The position numbers and the translations under genes are program-made. From Christensenellales bacterium (lineage in GTDB: Bacteria; Bacillota; Clostridia; Christensenellales; JBMNTQ01), in the NCBI GenBank assembly GCA_050945835.1, contig JBMNTR010000001.1, forward strand, positions 9,384 through 73,383: a stretch of DNA of 64,000 bases, written 5' to 3'. Below are positions 1-9,067 of this stretch, in pieces (the first letter of the stretch is position 1; each line of letters starts with the position of its first letter). Under the pieces are notes generated by a model. That model made no database searches and was not told the origin of the DNA. It saw only the letters and a program-made list of their open reading frames with translations.

Positions 1-1100
1 ATGCCGGCGAAATAGCTACTGTTCCGAAGAGAGGGAAATATGATATTTTCGATAACACTTTGGTGAGAGAGCAGTGAATCCGGATGTGCAATATGCTCTA
101 ATAAGCTGATGCCGGCATTATAAGCGTCTTCAGGGTTGTTTTTGATTCGTTTATTTTCAACTTTTACCACCACATTGCTTTTGCTGTTTGGACGAAATAT
201 CTGATCCAAAACAGCACTGGACCAAGCATACTCTAAATCGATTATGCCAACAATTTCACCAGGATAAAGTTCAATTTGCAGGGATAAGCTATTGTGGTCT
301 ATGCATATATTGTCAGCTCTCAACAGAGGAGTTTTGCGGCTATACATTTTCCCGTCGACATTTTCAAGCTCCTCACTATCACTTTGTGTTGTCAGACAGG
401 ACATGATATTTTGCCTAGAGAACTCATCCCTCTCAAGTGTTTTGATTGTATATCCGGAACGAATCACTGTAATACGGTCACACATTTGCTGGAGAATTTG
501 TATATTGTTAGATATGATAATCATCGCCATGCCGCGAGACTGAAGTATTTTCAGAATGTCGGAAAACTGTCGACGTTCGGCTTCAGAAAATCGATCAATG
601 AAACTATCGAATACCAGCAGACGCGCACCTGCGTGCAGCGCCTTGCATATCGCCACCACGCTGCGCTCAAAACGTGTTAAAGCAGCAATAGTATTTGAAG
701 CGTCTATCCGGCCGGGCAGAAGATCATCGAGCATCTTTTGACCCTTTTCTCTCACTTTTCGGTGGTTTATCAAGAAAGTGTGTTTTTTGTGGGAATGAAA
801 CACCAACAGGTTTTCAGCCGCACTCAGATTTTCAATAAGTGTATCCTCTGCAAGAATATCATAGATGCCATGCCAAAGGCCGGTATCCGTGGGCATATCC
901 GGATATGGGGCATGTAGAATTTTTCCCGCCTGAGGAGGCAGGGTACCCATTAAAATCCGCTGAACGATAAATTCTGCGTCCTTTGGTATGCCTAGCAAAC
1001 CCAATATTTCACCCGCGCAAACATGAAAGTTAAGGTCTCGAAATATATCCTGCTCCCCATCGCGGATATTAACATGTATAAAACGTAAAACTTCTTGCAT
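1..1100 (-). CDS. RbsA/MglA-like tandem ABC nucleotide-binding protein with all catalytic motifs degenerate (pseudo-ATPase). The C-terminus runs off the window.
   Basis: It is absent from the ORF track because it has no in-window stop. My hand translation of the minus strand from ATG 1100-1098 stays open to nt 3 (366 aa, MQEVLRFIHVNIRDGEQDIFRDLNFHVCAGEILGLLGIPKDAEF...). The start overlaps the kinase stop (TAATG). It aligns without gaps to the intact ATPase at 3887. Walker A GENGAGKST becomes GIPKDAEFI. Signature LSVAQCQ becomes LTRFERS. Walker B MDEPTS becomes FDSFID. H-loop ISHK becomes ISNN. Second Walker A GLVGAGRSE becomes DLEYAWSSA. Confidence 0.75.
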   Translation of the reverse strand, partial: MQEVLRFIHVNIRDGEQDIFRDLNFHVCAGEILGLLGIPKDAEFIVQRILMGTLPPQAGKILHAPYPDMPTDTGLWHGIYDILAEDTLIENLSAAENLLVFHSHKKHTFLINHRKVREKGQKMLDDLLPGRIDASNTIAALTRFERSVVAICKALHAGARLLVFDSFIDRFSEAERRQFSDILKILQSRGMAMIIISNNIQILQQMCDRITVIRSGYTIKTLERDEFSRQNIMSCLTTQSDSEELENVDGKMYSRKTPLLRADNICIDHNSLSLQIELYPGEIVGIIDLEYAWSSAVLDQIFRPNSKSNVVVKVENKRIKNNPEDAYNAGISLLEHIAHPDSLLSHQSVIENIIFPSLRNSSYFAG

Positions 1101-2080
1101 TATCGTTTATCCTCCATGGAAGTGAGCATATCAAGGTTATCGACAAGCGGCAATATCACCTCAATATCTGTTCCCATAGCGGGTGTGCTGTAGGCGCAAA
1201 TCCCATAAGATTCTCCAAAAGTGAGCCGTATGCGCTGGTTTACATTTGTGAGCGCAAGTCCTCCATTTTGGTGGTGCATCATTTCTATATAAGAGGAGGG
1301 TTGCATAGGAGATTTTTGCAGTTTTATATTAAGCTTTTGCAAGTCTTCTGCCGACATTCCGACTCCATTGTCACTGATCCGGATAATAAGCTGCTGACCG
1401 GAAGAATACACTCTTATGGTGATCACACCACCATGTAGCTTTGTTTCCAAACCATGAAAAACAGCATTTTCGACAATAGGCTGAATCGTCATTCTCGGAA
1501 CATAATACTTAACCAGACTGTCATCTTCAATTTTTTTTAACACGGTAAATCTGTTTTCAAATCGAAACCTTTGGAGCATTAGATAGTGATCGGCATTGCG
1601 TAGTTCCTCATGAAGTTGAACGAAATTTCCTGTTTGACTAATGCTGTATCGAAACATCATGGACAAGGCCTCTGCCATATCCGCTACAGTTGGTGTGTCA
1701 TCCATTAATGCCTGACCGCGTATGGAATCTAGGGTGTTGTATAAAAAATGAGGGTTGATTTGGCTTTGCAAAGCTTCAATGTGGATTTGTTTTTGGAGGA
1801 TTTCTTCAGAATAACGTTTTTGTGATGAAAAGTCGGCAATATCCAATAGTTTATTAGTTTTAAACAACAGACTTTTCCTGCGATGCTCTGGCAAGGTACG
1901 GTCAATCATCCGGTTCATCTGAACCAGTTGATTAAGCATGAAAACACCCAATATACTCCCTCCCAGGACGAGGGCACCGATCAAAAAATGCCATAAGAAG
2001 CCCGTAGTCCAATAGATAGCAATAGCTCCTAAGGAGGCAATCAGTAAAATAAGAGCAATAAGGAAAACAAACAGAAACAC
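1100..2080 (-). CDS. YesM/LytS-family sensor histidine kinase, short intramembrane type with no extracytoplasmic or HAMP domain
   Basis: 326-aa ORF. Two N-terminal hydrophobic helices are separated by only about 3-4 residues (…AIAIYWTTGFLWHFLIG…). It has the His_kinase motif QINPHFLYNTLDSIRG and a HATPase region (IRISDNGVGM … GGLALTNVNQRI). Confidence 0.85.
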   Translation of the reverse strand: MFLFVFLIALILLIASLGAIAIYWTTGFLWHFLIGALVLGGSILGVFMLNQLVQMNRMIDRTLPEHRRKSLLFKTNKLLDIADFSSQKRYSEEILQKQIHIEALQSQINPHFLYNTLDSIRGQALMDDTPTVADMAEALSMMFRYSISQTGNFVQLHEELRNADHYLMLQRFRFENRFTVLKKIEDDSLVKYYVPRMTIQPIVENAVFHGLETKLHGGVITIRVYSSGQQLIIRISDNGVGMSAEDLQKLNIKLQKSPMQPSSYIEMMHHQNGGLALTNVNQRIRLTFGESYGICAYSTPAMGTDIEVILPLVDNLDMLTSMEDKR

Positions 2081-2092
2081 TATACAAGTCTC

Positions 2093-3697
2093 CTATAATT
2101 TTCGATATTTACCTGGTGAAATCGCATAGGTTCTTTTGAACAACTTACTAAAATATCGATAATCGTTATATCCAATCATTTCAGATATCTGTTCGATCGA
2201 AAAAATAGTGTCTCGCAGCAAACGTTTTGCCTGACGCATACGTAAGGATGTCAAGTAGTCTGAAAAATTCTCCCCCATCTCTTTCTTGAATACCGAGGAA
2301 AAATAAGATGGTGACATCCCGGCAACCATAGCAGCATCCTCAAGTGTGATAGATTGTGTGTAATGCTCTTCCATATATGCGGCAGCCTTTCGTATCGGCC
2401 GAGTGTGTTGCTGGCGCAGATACTCCATGGCGGGCTCCACCCAATTCAGAAAGGCATTGATAAAAGTTGAAATAAATTGAGGTACGGATATAGCGTTGTC
2501 AATTGCTTCATAGATCGATGAAATGTCTGATAATCCACTCATGATCTCATCTGTTTCTGGATAACCTTGCTGCACACTGATTATAATGTCTTGATAACGC
2601 TCATACATGGACTCTAGATTGTCTTCATTTTTTGTTGCGAACATATATTCGTCAAACAGCTGTTGTAACAGCAAGCGCAGCGACGATTTTTCTCCGTGCT
2701 CAACAGCATTTAATAACTCAATGCGCTCGCTATTCTGTAAGGTTCCCGTGGCTTGCTGTTCCGCCGGCAGCAGGGCGCTGTCCACAATATGGTTAGCGCT
2801 CCCCAGCAAACGATAAAGAGAAGCCCGTTGTGCCAGCTGAATAGTACGCCCGAGACAATTTGGTTCTGAGGCTTCCGAACCAAGGCAAATCGTGAAGGTG
2901 TAGGTATCATAACGGTCGGCCACTCTAGATAGTTGTTCGACAAATATATCAAAGGTACGTTCCGAAGAGTTGCATTGGAAAAGACAATACAATCTGGAAT
3001 AAATGGTGATAATTTCAAAATCGGAGCAGCAATATTTGCTAGCTCGTTTTAGAACCTGAACCATTTTGTCCAGCACAAACGGACGCATGGAAAGATTCTC
3101 AATTTTCAAACAGTCTACTTTGACAATGAATAAGCCCAAAGGGCGCTCTTCAAAATGGTATTGATAGTCGATGTTTAGCCTGCTTAAGGTAATATCTTTT
3201 AAGTTTACCTCATTGCTTAAAAGACCATAAATGAACTGTTGACGCGGTAAGGATGCCGGCCGATTGTTTTCTGATTGATTTACAGATACATGTTCGGATT
3301 CAGACATCAACTGTAGTTCACCATGAATGCGAATCAGCGATGCACTCAGCTCATCTGCATTGATAGGCTTGAGCAGATAGTCTGTTGCACCGAAACGAAT
3401 GGCACTCTTTGCGTATTCAAATTCTTTGTATCCGCTGATCATAATGAAGCGCATATGGTGCTCGTTGTTTTGGAGTTTTTTCACAAGTTCCAGGCCGGTC
3501 ATAGCAGGCATGCGAATATCTGTGATAATGACATCAGGTTTGTCTCGCAGAGCGATTTCATACGCTTGCAAACCATTATGGGCGAATCCGATGACCGTAA
3601 AACCCAATGCATTCCAATCTATCAGCTTCACAATCAGTTCACATATTTTTTTCTCATCATCTGCAATTAAGACGCGCAGTTTTCTCTGCATGGTCAA
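2093..3697 (-). CDS. YesN-type response regulator (REC plus AraC-family HTH)
   Basis: 534 aa. N-terminal receiver (RVLIADDE…DVIITDIRMPAMTG…KP). C-terminal AraC HTH (AGMSPSYFSSVFKKEMGENFSDYL…IGYNDYRYFSKLFKRTYAISPGKYR). It lies 12 nt upstream of the kinase gene. Confidence 0.9.
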   Translation of the reverse strand: MTMQRKLRVLIADDEKKICELIVKLIDWNALGFTVIGFAHNGLQAYEIALRDKPDVIITDIRMPAMTGLELVKKLQNNEHHMRFIMISGYKEFEYAKSAIRFGATDYLLKPINADELSASLIRIHGELQLMSESEHVSVNQSENNRPASLPRQQFIYGLLSNEVNLKDITLSRLNIDYQYHFEERPLGLFIVKVDCLKIENLSMRPFVLDKMVQVLKRASKYCCSDFEIITIYSRLYCLFQCNSSERTFDIFVEQLSRVADRYDTYTFTICLGSEASEPNCLGRTIQLAQRASLYRLLGSANHIVDSALLPAEQQATGTLQNSERIELLNAVEHGEKSSLRLLLQQLFDEYMFATKNEDNLESMYERYQDIIISVQQGYPETDEIMSGLSDISSIYEAIDNAISVPQFISTFINAFLNWVEPAMEYLRQQHTRPIRKAAAYMEEHYTQSITLEDAAMVAGMSPSYFSSVFKKEMGENFSDYLTSLRMRQAKRLLRDTIFSIEQISEMIGYNDYRYFSKLFKRTYAISPGKYRKL

Positions 3698-3718
3698 ACT
3701 CTCTTAGCGTTTTATTTA

Positions 3719-3747
3719 AGCATATCGAATCGACTGGAGCATGTCAA
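3719..3747 (-). promoter_or_regulatory. Candidate sigma-70-type promoter of the regulator-kinase operon
   Basis: The minus strand reads TTGACA-17 nt-TATGCT (-35 at 3747-3742, -10 at 3724-3719), about 20 nt upstream of the RBS and ATG at 3697. Confidence 0.55.
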
Positions 3748-3750
3748 TGA

Positions 3751-3795
3751 AATTTGTGCATTATATTTTGTAAATCGTAAAATAATGCACAAATT
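3751..3795. promoter_or_regulatory. Perfect 14-bp inverted repeat (candidate operator) in the divergent intergenic region
   Basis: AATTTGTGCATTAT (3751-3764) and ATAATGCACAAATT (3782-3795) are exact reverse complements separated by 17 nt. The repeat sits just upstream of the -35 of the regulator-operon promoter. Confidence 0.5.
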
Positions 3796-3886
3796 CATAA
3801 GATTAGCGGCTGTTATTCAAGCCAGTATCTTCTATAATTATTATATATTCCTGAATTAAACCAATAGAGACTGAAGGAGGTGTGAA

Positions 3887-5392
3887 GTGAGCGATTATGT
3901 GCTGGAGATGAAAAATATCTCCAAGACCTTCCCTGGTGTAAAGGCGCTGGACAATGTTTCTTTGGCGGTCAAGCCAGGAGAAGTCCACGCTGTCATGGGA
4001 GAGAATGGTGCAGGCAAATCGACTCTTATGAAAATCATTATGGGCATTTATACCGCTGATTCCGGCGAAATGCTGGTTGAAGGCCAAACGATTGTCAATC
4101 GCAATCCCCAGGAGGCGATGGAAAATGGAATCGCCATGATACATCAGGAGTTGAATCCGGTTTTGGATATGCGGGTATACGAGAATATTTTCATGGGGCG
4201 CGAAATTAGAACCAAGTTTGGAACGTATGACAAAAAAATGATGATCGCTGAGACCAAACGTCTGTTGGAAGAGATTGAAATCGACATTCCTGCTACCTGT
4301 GTGATGCGTGGACTCAGCGTGGCGCAGTGCCAACTGATTGAGATCGTCAAAGCCATTTCAATTCATGCACGTATTGTAGTGATGGATGAGCCAACCTCTG
4401 CGATTACCGACAAGGAAATAGATATTCTTTTCAACCAAATCAATTCCCTGAAGGCCAAGGGCGTGGCCATCATTTATATTTCACACAAAATAGATGAAAT
4501 ATTTCGTATCAGCGACCGAATTAGCGTGTATCGCGATGGATGCTATATTGGAACCGACGAATCGGCTAATTTGGATCATAATCAGTTGATCAAAATGATG
4601 GTGGGCAGAGAGATAACGGATATCTATCCCAAAACAGAGTATCCGATTGGTGATGTCGTGATGGAAGTCAAGAACTTATCAATGGGAAATAAGGTGGATC
4701 ATGTCAGCTTTAAGCTGCACCAGGGGGAAATTCTTGGCATTGTCGGTCTCGTGGGCGCGGGGCGCAGCGAATTGGTTGAGACCATTTTCGGCGTGCGGAA
4801 AAAAACTGCCGGCAAAATCAGCATCCGCGGTAAAGTTTTTAACGGTAAGAATCCAGAAGACGGGATCAACGCGAAGATCGCACTGATAACGGAAGACCGC
4901 AAGCTAACAGGTTTGAATTTGGTGGCGAGTGTGAAGGAAAATATTACGCTTGCTTCATTAAGACGTGTTTCAACGGCTGGAGTGCTCAGCACCAAAGAAG
5001 AGACACATTACTCGGAAAAGTATATCGATGCATTGAAAATTAAGACATCATCAAAAGATACTTTGACGGGCTGTCTGTCCGGCGGCAACCAGCAAAAAGT
5101 TGTTCTGGCCAAGTGGCTGCTGACAGAGCCGGATATCATCATTATGGATGAACCAACAAGGGGAATTGACGTTGGTGCCAAACGCGACATCTATCTATTG
5201 ATGGGCGAATTTGCCAAGCAAGGAAAGGCAGTCATTATGATTTCGTCTGAAATTCCTGAAATTATGGGCGTCAGCGATCGTGTGATTGTAATGGCGGAAG
5301 GCAAGATTACAGGCGAATTAAAACGAAGTGAATTTTCACAGGAGCGGATCATGGAATTTGCATCCAACATAAAGGGGGGAGCGGCTTGCTGA
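3887..5392 (+). CDS. Sugar ABC transporter ATP-binding protein (RbsA/MglA type, two intact NBDs)
   Basis: 501 aa. GTG start 6 nt after GAAGGAGG. First NBD: GENGAGKST, LSVAQCQ, VVMDEPTS, ISHK. Second NBD: GLVGAGRSE, LSGGNQQK, IIMDEPTRGID. Confidence 0.9.
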   Translation: MSDYVLEMKNISKTFPGVKALDNVSLAVKPGEVHAVMGENGAGKSTLMKIIMGIYTADSGEMLVEGQTIVNRNPQEAMENGIAMIHQELNPVLDMRVYENIFMGREIRTKFGTYDKKMMIAETKRLLEEIEIDIPATCVMRGLSVAQCQLIEIVKAISIHARIVVMDEPTSAITDKEIDILFNQINSLKAKGVAIIYISHKIDEIFRISDRISVYRDGCYIGTDESANLDHNQLIKMMVGREITDIYPKTEYPIGDVVMEVKNLSMGNKVDHVSFKLHQGEILGIVGLVGAGRSELVETIFGVRKKTAGKISIRGKVFNGKNPEDGINAKIALITEDRKLTGLNLVASVKENITLASLRRVSTAGVLSTKEETHYSEKYIDALKIKTSSKDTLTGCLSGGNQQKVVLAKWLLTEPDIIIMDEPTRGIDVGAKRDIYLLMGEFAKQGKAVIMISSEIPEIMGVSDRVIVMAEGKITGELKRSEFSQERIMEFASNIKGGAAC

Positions 5393-6336
5393 GAAAAATA
5401 GATCGAAAAACACTGCTCAGAGAATTTGGAATCCTGTTCATATTTCTTCTTGTTATCATTATACTGTCCATCGTATCGCCCACATTTCGTCGTCCACTGA
5501 ACTTGCTCAACGTGCTCAAACAGGCATCCATAACTGGAATTCTTTCCTTTGGCATGATGCTTGTTGTCATATCGGGCGGCATAGATCTTTCGATGGGATC
5601 TGTTCTAGGTCTTTCCGGCGTAGTGGCGGCAACCTTTGCACACCCGGGAGAGTATCCCTTGATCATTCCCATTCTGGTAGCGCTTTTAGTGGGTGCTTTG
5701 TCTGGGTTTTGCAATGGCATTGGCGTTGCATATGGTGAATTGCCCCCCTTTATCATTACCTTGGGCACAATGAGTATTGCGCGGGGCTTGGCGTTGGTCA
5801 TAAGCGGCGGCGTTCCAGTTATCAATATATCGCCTGAGTTTGGCACTATTGCAGCTGATACATTGTTCGAGGTTCCGCTTCTCTCTTATTATCTGGTTAT
5901 CGTCGTAGTTATAAGCGCTTTCATTTTAAATAAAACAGTGTTTGGACGAAGAGTATACAGCATTGGCGGCAATATCGCTGCTGCCCGGGTATCAGGCATA
6001 AATGTGAAAAGAACACAGATTGGCGTATATATATTTGCAGGTTTAATGTCTGGTATCGGCGGCCTGCTCATGGCTTCCCGTACCACTCAAGGGGCTCCCA
6101 CTGCCGGTCTGAGCTACGAAATGGATGCTGTCACCGCGGTTGTTATTGGCGGTGTGAGTATGAGCGGCGGTGTTGGAAAGTGGCATGGCGTGCTGATCGG
6201 GGCGTTGTTTATTGCCGTCATTGAAAATGGTCTGACTATCTTTGGCATTGATCCCAACATGAAACAGGTAGTCAAGGGCGCCATTATTATTGCGGCCGTG
6301 TTGTTGGATGTGAAAACCAAAGGAAAACAGAACTGA
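5386..6336 (+). CDS. Sugar ABC transporter permease (RbsC/MglC family)
   Basis: 316 aa, polytopic and hydrophobic. It has family-typical segments (GGIDLSVGS-like GGIDLSMGS; ITLGTMSIARG). The start overlaps the ATPase stop. Confidence 0.85.
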   Translation: MLRKIDRKTLLREFGILFIFLLVIIILSIVSPTFRRPLNLLNVLKQASITGILSFGMMLVVISGGIDLSMGSVLGLSGVVAATFAHPGEYPLIIPILVALLVGALSGFCNGIGVAYGELPPFIITLGTMSIARGLALVISGGVPVINISPEFGTIAADTLFEVPLLSYYLVIVVVISAFILNKTVFGRRVYSIGGNIAAARVSGINVKRTQIGVYIFAGLMSGIGGLLMASRTTQGAPTAGLSYEMDAVTAVVIGGVSMSGGVGKWHGVLIGALFIAVIENGLTIFGIDPNMKQVVKGAIIIAAVLLDVKTKGKQN

Positions 6337-6388
6337 GCACTCATTGGGTTCTGTTCCAATATTAATCAAATTAGAAAAGGAGAAAAAG

Positions 6389-7444
6389 ATGAAGAAAAAA
6401 TCGTTTGCACTGATCATGGCATTGATACTGATGCTAGCCTTGTTCTTGACAGCATGCGGCACAGGCGCTGACAGCGGTTCGCCTGCTCCGACCGGGGAAC
6501 CAGAAGGTGTCGCATCACAACCGATTCCCGAAACAGAGGGAGAATCGGCCAGTCAAAGCAATGATGATGAGGGAACCGCTGATACCGAGGCTGGCGGTGC
6601 CAAGAAGTATGCTGTATTCATTTCTCAGAACACAAACGCATTTACTATGAGTGTCGGCGAATCGGCAAAGTCGCACGGTGAATCGCTGGGACACGAAGTC
6701 ACGCTCTTCGATGGCAAGGGTGACCAGAACACCCAAATCAGCCAAATTGAGACCTGTATTGCGCAGGGATATGACGGTTTGATTGTAGAACCTGTTTCTG
6801 GTGACGGCGCCATCCCGATCTTAACACAAGCAATGAACGAGAATATTCCGGTGGTCACCATTATTCAGGAGTTGAACGATCAAAGTATTGTCAATGCTTT
6901 TGTCGGCCCCGATCATTACGAAGCTTCCGTGATTGAAGCGGAGGCTGCTTTGGAAGCCATTGGCGGTAAGGGCAAAGTATGTATTTTGCGGGGGGCCCTT
7001 GGCTCCAGCGCTGAAATGCTGATCAACAACGCCTTCCATGACACCCTTGAAAAATATGCCGATGTTGAGGTCATTGAAGAGCAAAGCGCGAACTGGGTGA
7101 TTGACGAAGCCTTGAAAATCACCGAAACTTGGCTGCAGAAGCACAGCGATATTGCTGCAATTTTAGGTGAAAGCGATCAAATGTCTCTGGGCGCCATGAA
7201 AGCTTGTCAGGATATGGGCATTGACAACATCATCATTGTAGGACGTGATGCCCTGCCCGAGACTCTGGAAGCTATCCGAGATGGAGGCATCTATGCTACT
7301 GTATATCAAAACGGCCCGCAGATGGGTTCTATGGCGATTGATACCCTTGATACCATTCTTAGCGGTAAAACGGTAGAGCCTGTATTGGCAACTAAAAATG
7401 TTCTGGTTACAGTTGACAACATCGATACATTCGAAAACGAATAG
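6389..7444 (+). CDS. Sugar-binding lipoprotein (RbsB-like periplasmic binding protein)
   Basis: ATG at 6389 lies 7 nt after AAAGGAG. Signal peptide and lipobox (LFLTACG). A long acidic Gly/Ser/Pro/Glu linker is followed by a type-I PBP fold sequence (…VFISQNTNAF…IVGRDALPE…). Confidence 0.8.
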   Translation: MKKKSFALIMALILMLALFLTACGTGADSGSPAPTGEPEGVASQPIPETEGESASQSNDDEGTADTEAGGAKKYAVFISQNTNAFTMSVGESAKSHGESLGHEVTLFDGKGDQNTQISQIETCIAQGYDGLIVEPVSGDGAIPILTQAMNENIPVVTIIQELNDQSIVNAFVGPDHYEASVIEAEAALEAIGGKGKVCILRGALGSSAEMLINNAFHDTLEKYADVEVIEEQSANWVIDEALKITETWLQKHSDIAAILGESDQMSLGAMKACQDMGIDNIIIVGRDALPETLEAIRDGGIYATVYQNGPQMGSMAIDTLDTILSGKTVEPVLATKNVLVTVDNIDTFENE

Positions 7445-7452
7445 GTGACAGC

Positions 7453-7490
7453 AATGCCTCCCTCTTCAAGAAGGGGGAGGCATTATTTGT
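7453..7490 (+). terminator. Rho-independent terminator after the binding-protein gene
   Basis: 10-bp stem AATGCCTCCC/GGGAGGCATT followed by ATTTGT. Confidence 0.75.
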
Positions 7491-7614
7491 GTGGAGCGCG
7501 ATAGGGATAAGGGAAGCAGACATTCGTCGGGATAGAAGAGCGCCTGATGGCTACAAAGCGGTAACTAAAATGAGCAAATGGATCTCAGGTACGTAAGAAG
7601 AGGAGATTGTATAG

Positions 7615-8928
7615 ATGAGATACGATAAAGGATCGTGGGGGAATTGGATCACAGAAGGCTGGACGATAGATCAGGCGGTGATGTCGGCAGAAGACAAGGC
7701 CATTTTGCGTGAACTGGCCAAACAGTTCAGACAGCTGTGTGCGCAGCCTCAAGAGGAAGAGAAAATCAGACTCTGGACGGCGCACAATGATCTTGAGGAT
7801 ACACGACCGTTGATTCTGGTAGATATGGAGCACGGATGGAATGAAGTGTTTACATTTGATCGGGACATGCAATGCAGCGGTTATATGGCACAGGACTGGG
7901 AAATGTGGCTGCGCAAAGAAATTTTTTACGCGACAAAGCTTCGCGATGATAAACCGCTTACACCGGTATTTTACCTACCGCACCGAGCCGTAAATACAGA
8001 GTGGGGCATCAATGAAGAGCAGATCGGCAACGAGGACAAAAGAAACGCCTATGCCTGGGAGCCGATCTTTCGCAGCAAAGATGAGGCCTTCGAAGCTTTC
8101 GATGTGGACAGCATTGAAGATCCGTATGTTGAAGTGGACTGGGAAGCGACCAACCGCTATTTTGAGATCGGTCAGGATGTTTTCGATGGTATTTTATCTG
8201 TAGAATTTCGCACCTGGTGGTTTTGGTCCTCCTCAATTGTGCATGCCTATGCCCATTATCGCGGCATCGATGGCATGATGATCGATTTTTATGATTACCC
8301 CGATCGGTTTCATGAAATGATGCAGAAGTTTGTCAATGGCTATATGGGCAAACTGAGATGGCTGGAGCAAAACGGCCTGCTGTATAACAACGCAGGAAAT
8401 TGCTTCGTAGGCTCGGGTGGCCTAGGCTTTACAAATCAGCTTCATCCCAACCCACAGCACGTGCTGCTCAAGGATATGTGGGGGTTGAATGAGGCACAAG
8501 AAGCCACTGGCATCTCGGGTGAAATATACGGCGAGTTTATTTTTCCTTACCACAAGCAGGTGGCCGAAATGTTTGGCTTCAATTGCCACGCATGCTGTGA
8601 ACAAATGGAGCCTCTATGGGAGTATGTGCAGAAAATTCCCCGTTTGAGACGGGTTTCCGTCTCCCAATGGACAAATATCGAGATGATGTCGGAGTTTTTG
8701 GGCCGAGATTATGTATACTCCTACAAAGCTTGTTCCTCAGACACGGCGTTGCCGCAAATGAACGAGGATGTGGTGCGCGGACGGTTACAGAAAATGTATC
8801 ATGTCACGAAAGACAATCATGTGGAAATTGTGCTGAAAGACTTGCACACCATTGGCAATAATCCTCAACAAATCTGCCGCTGGGTGGAGATTGCACGTGA
8901 AGAAATGCACAAAGTCTATGGTTCGTGA
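7615..8928 (+). CDS. Hypothetical cytoplasmic protein (possibly a URO-D/methyltransferase-like barrel; family not recognised with confidence)
   Basis: 437-aa ORF. ATG follows AGAGGAG. No TM segments or signal peptide. It has its own upstream and downstream terminators. The family call is only a weak impression. Confidence 0.5.
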   Translation: MRYDKGSWGNWITEGWTIDQAVMSAEDKAILRELAKQFRQLCAQPQEEEKIRLWTAHNDLEDTRPLILVDMEHGWNEVFTFDRDMQCSGYMAQDWEMWLRKEIFYATKLRDDKPLTPVFYLPHRAVNTEWGINEEQIGNEDKRNAYAWEPIFRSKDEAFEAFDVDSIEDPYVEVDWEATNRYFEIGQDVFDGILSVEFRTWWFWSSSIVHAYAHYRGIDGMMIDFYDYPDRFHEMMQKFVNGYMGKLRWLEQNGLLYNNAGNCFVGSGGLGFTNQLHPNPQHVLLKDMWGLNEAQEATGISGEIYGEFIFPYHKQVAEMFGFNCHACCEQMEPLWEYVQKIPRLRRVSVSQWTNIEMMSEFLGRDYVYSYKACSSDTALPQMNEDVVRGRLQKMYHVTKDNHVEIVLKDLHTIGNNPQQICRWVEIAREEMHKVYGS

Positions 8929-9032
8929 AACTAACCCCTTTTAAAACAAAACATGAAGAAAATCCATGGGCAATACTGTGATGTTGCCGATAATCTGCTT
9001 TCCGAAGTGCTCATAAAAATAAAGTCAAAAAA

Positions 9033-9065
9033 AGCCCGCGATCGCATTCGCTGCGGGCTTTTTTG
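9033..9065. terminator. Bidirectional rho-independent terminator
   Basis: AAAAAAGCCCGC…GCGGGCTTTTTT: a GC stem flanked by an A-run and a T-run, lying between the 7615 gene and the tRNA cluster. Confidence 0.8.
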
Positions 9066-9067
9066 CT

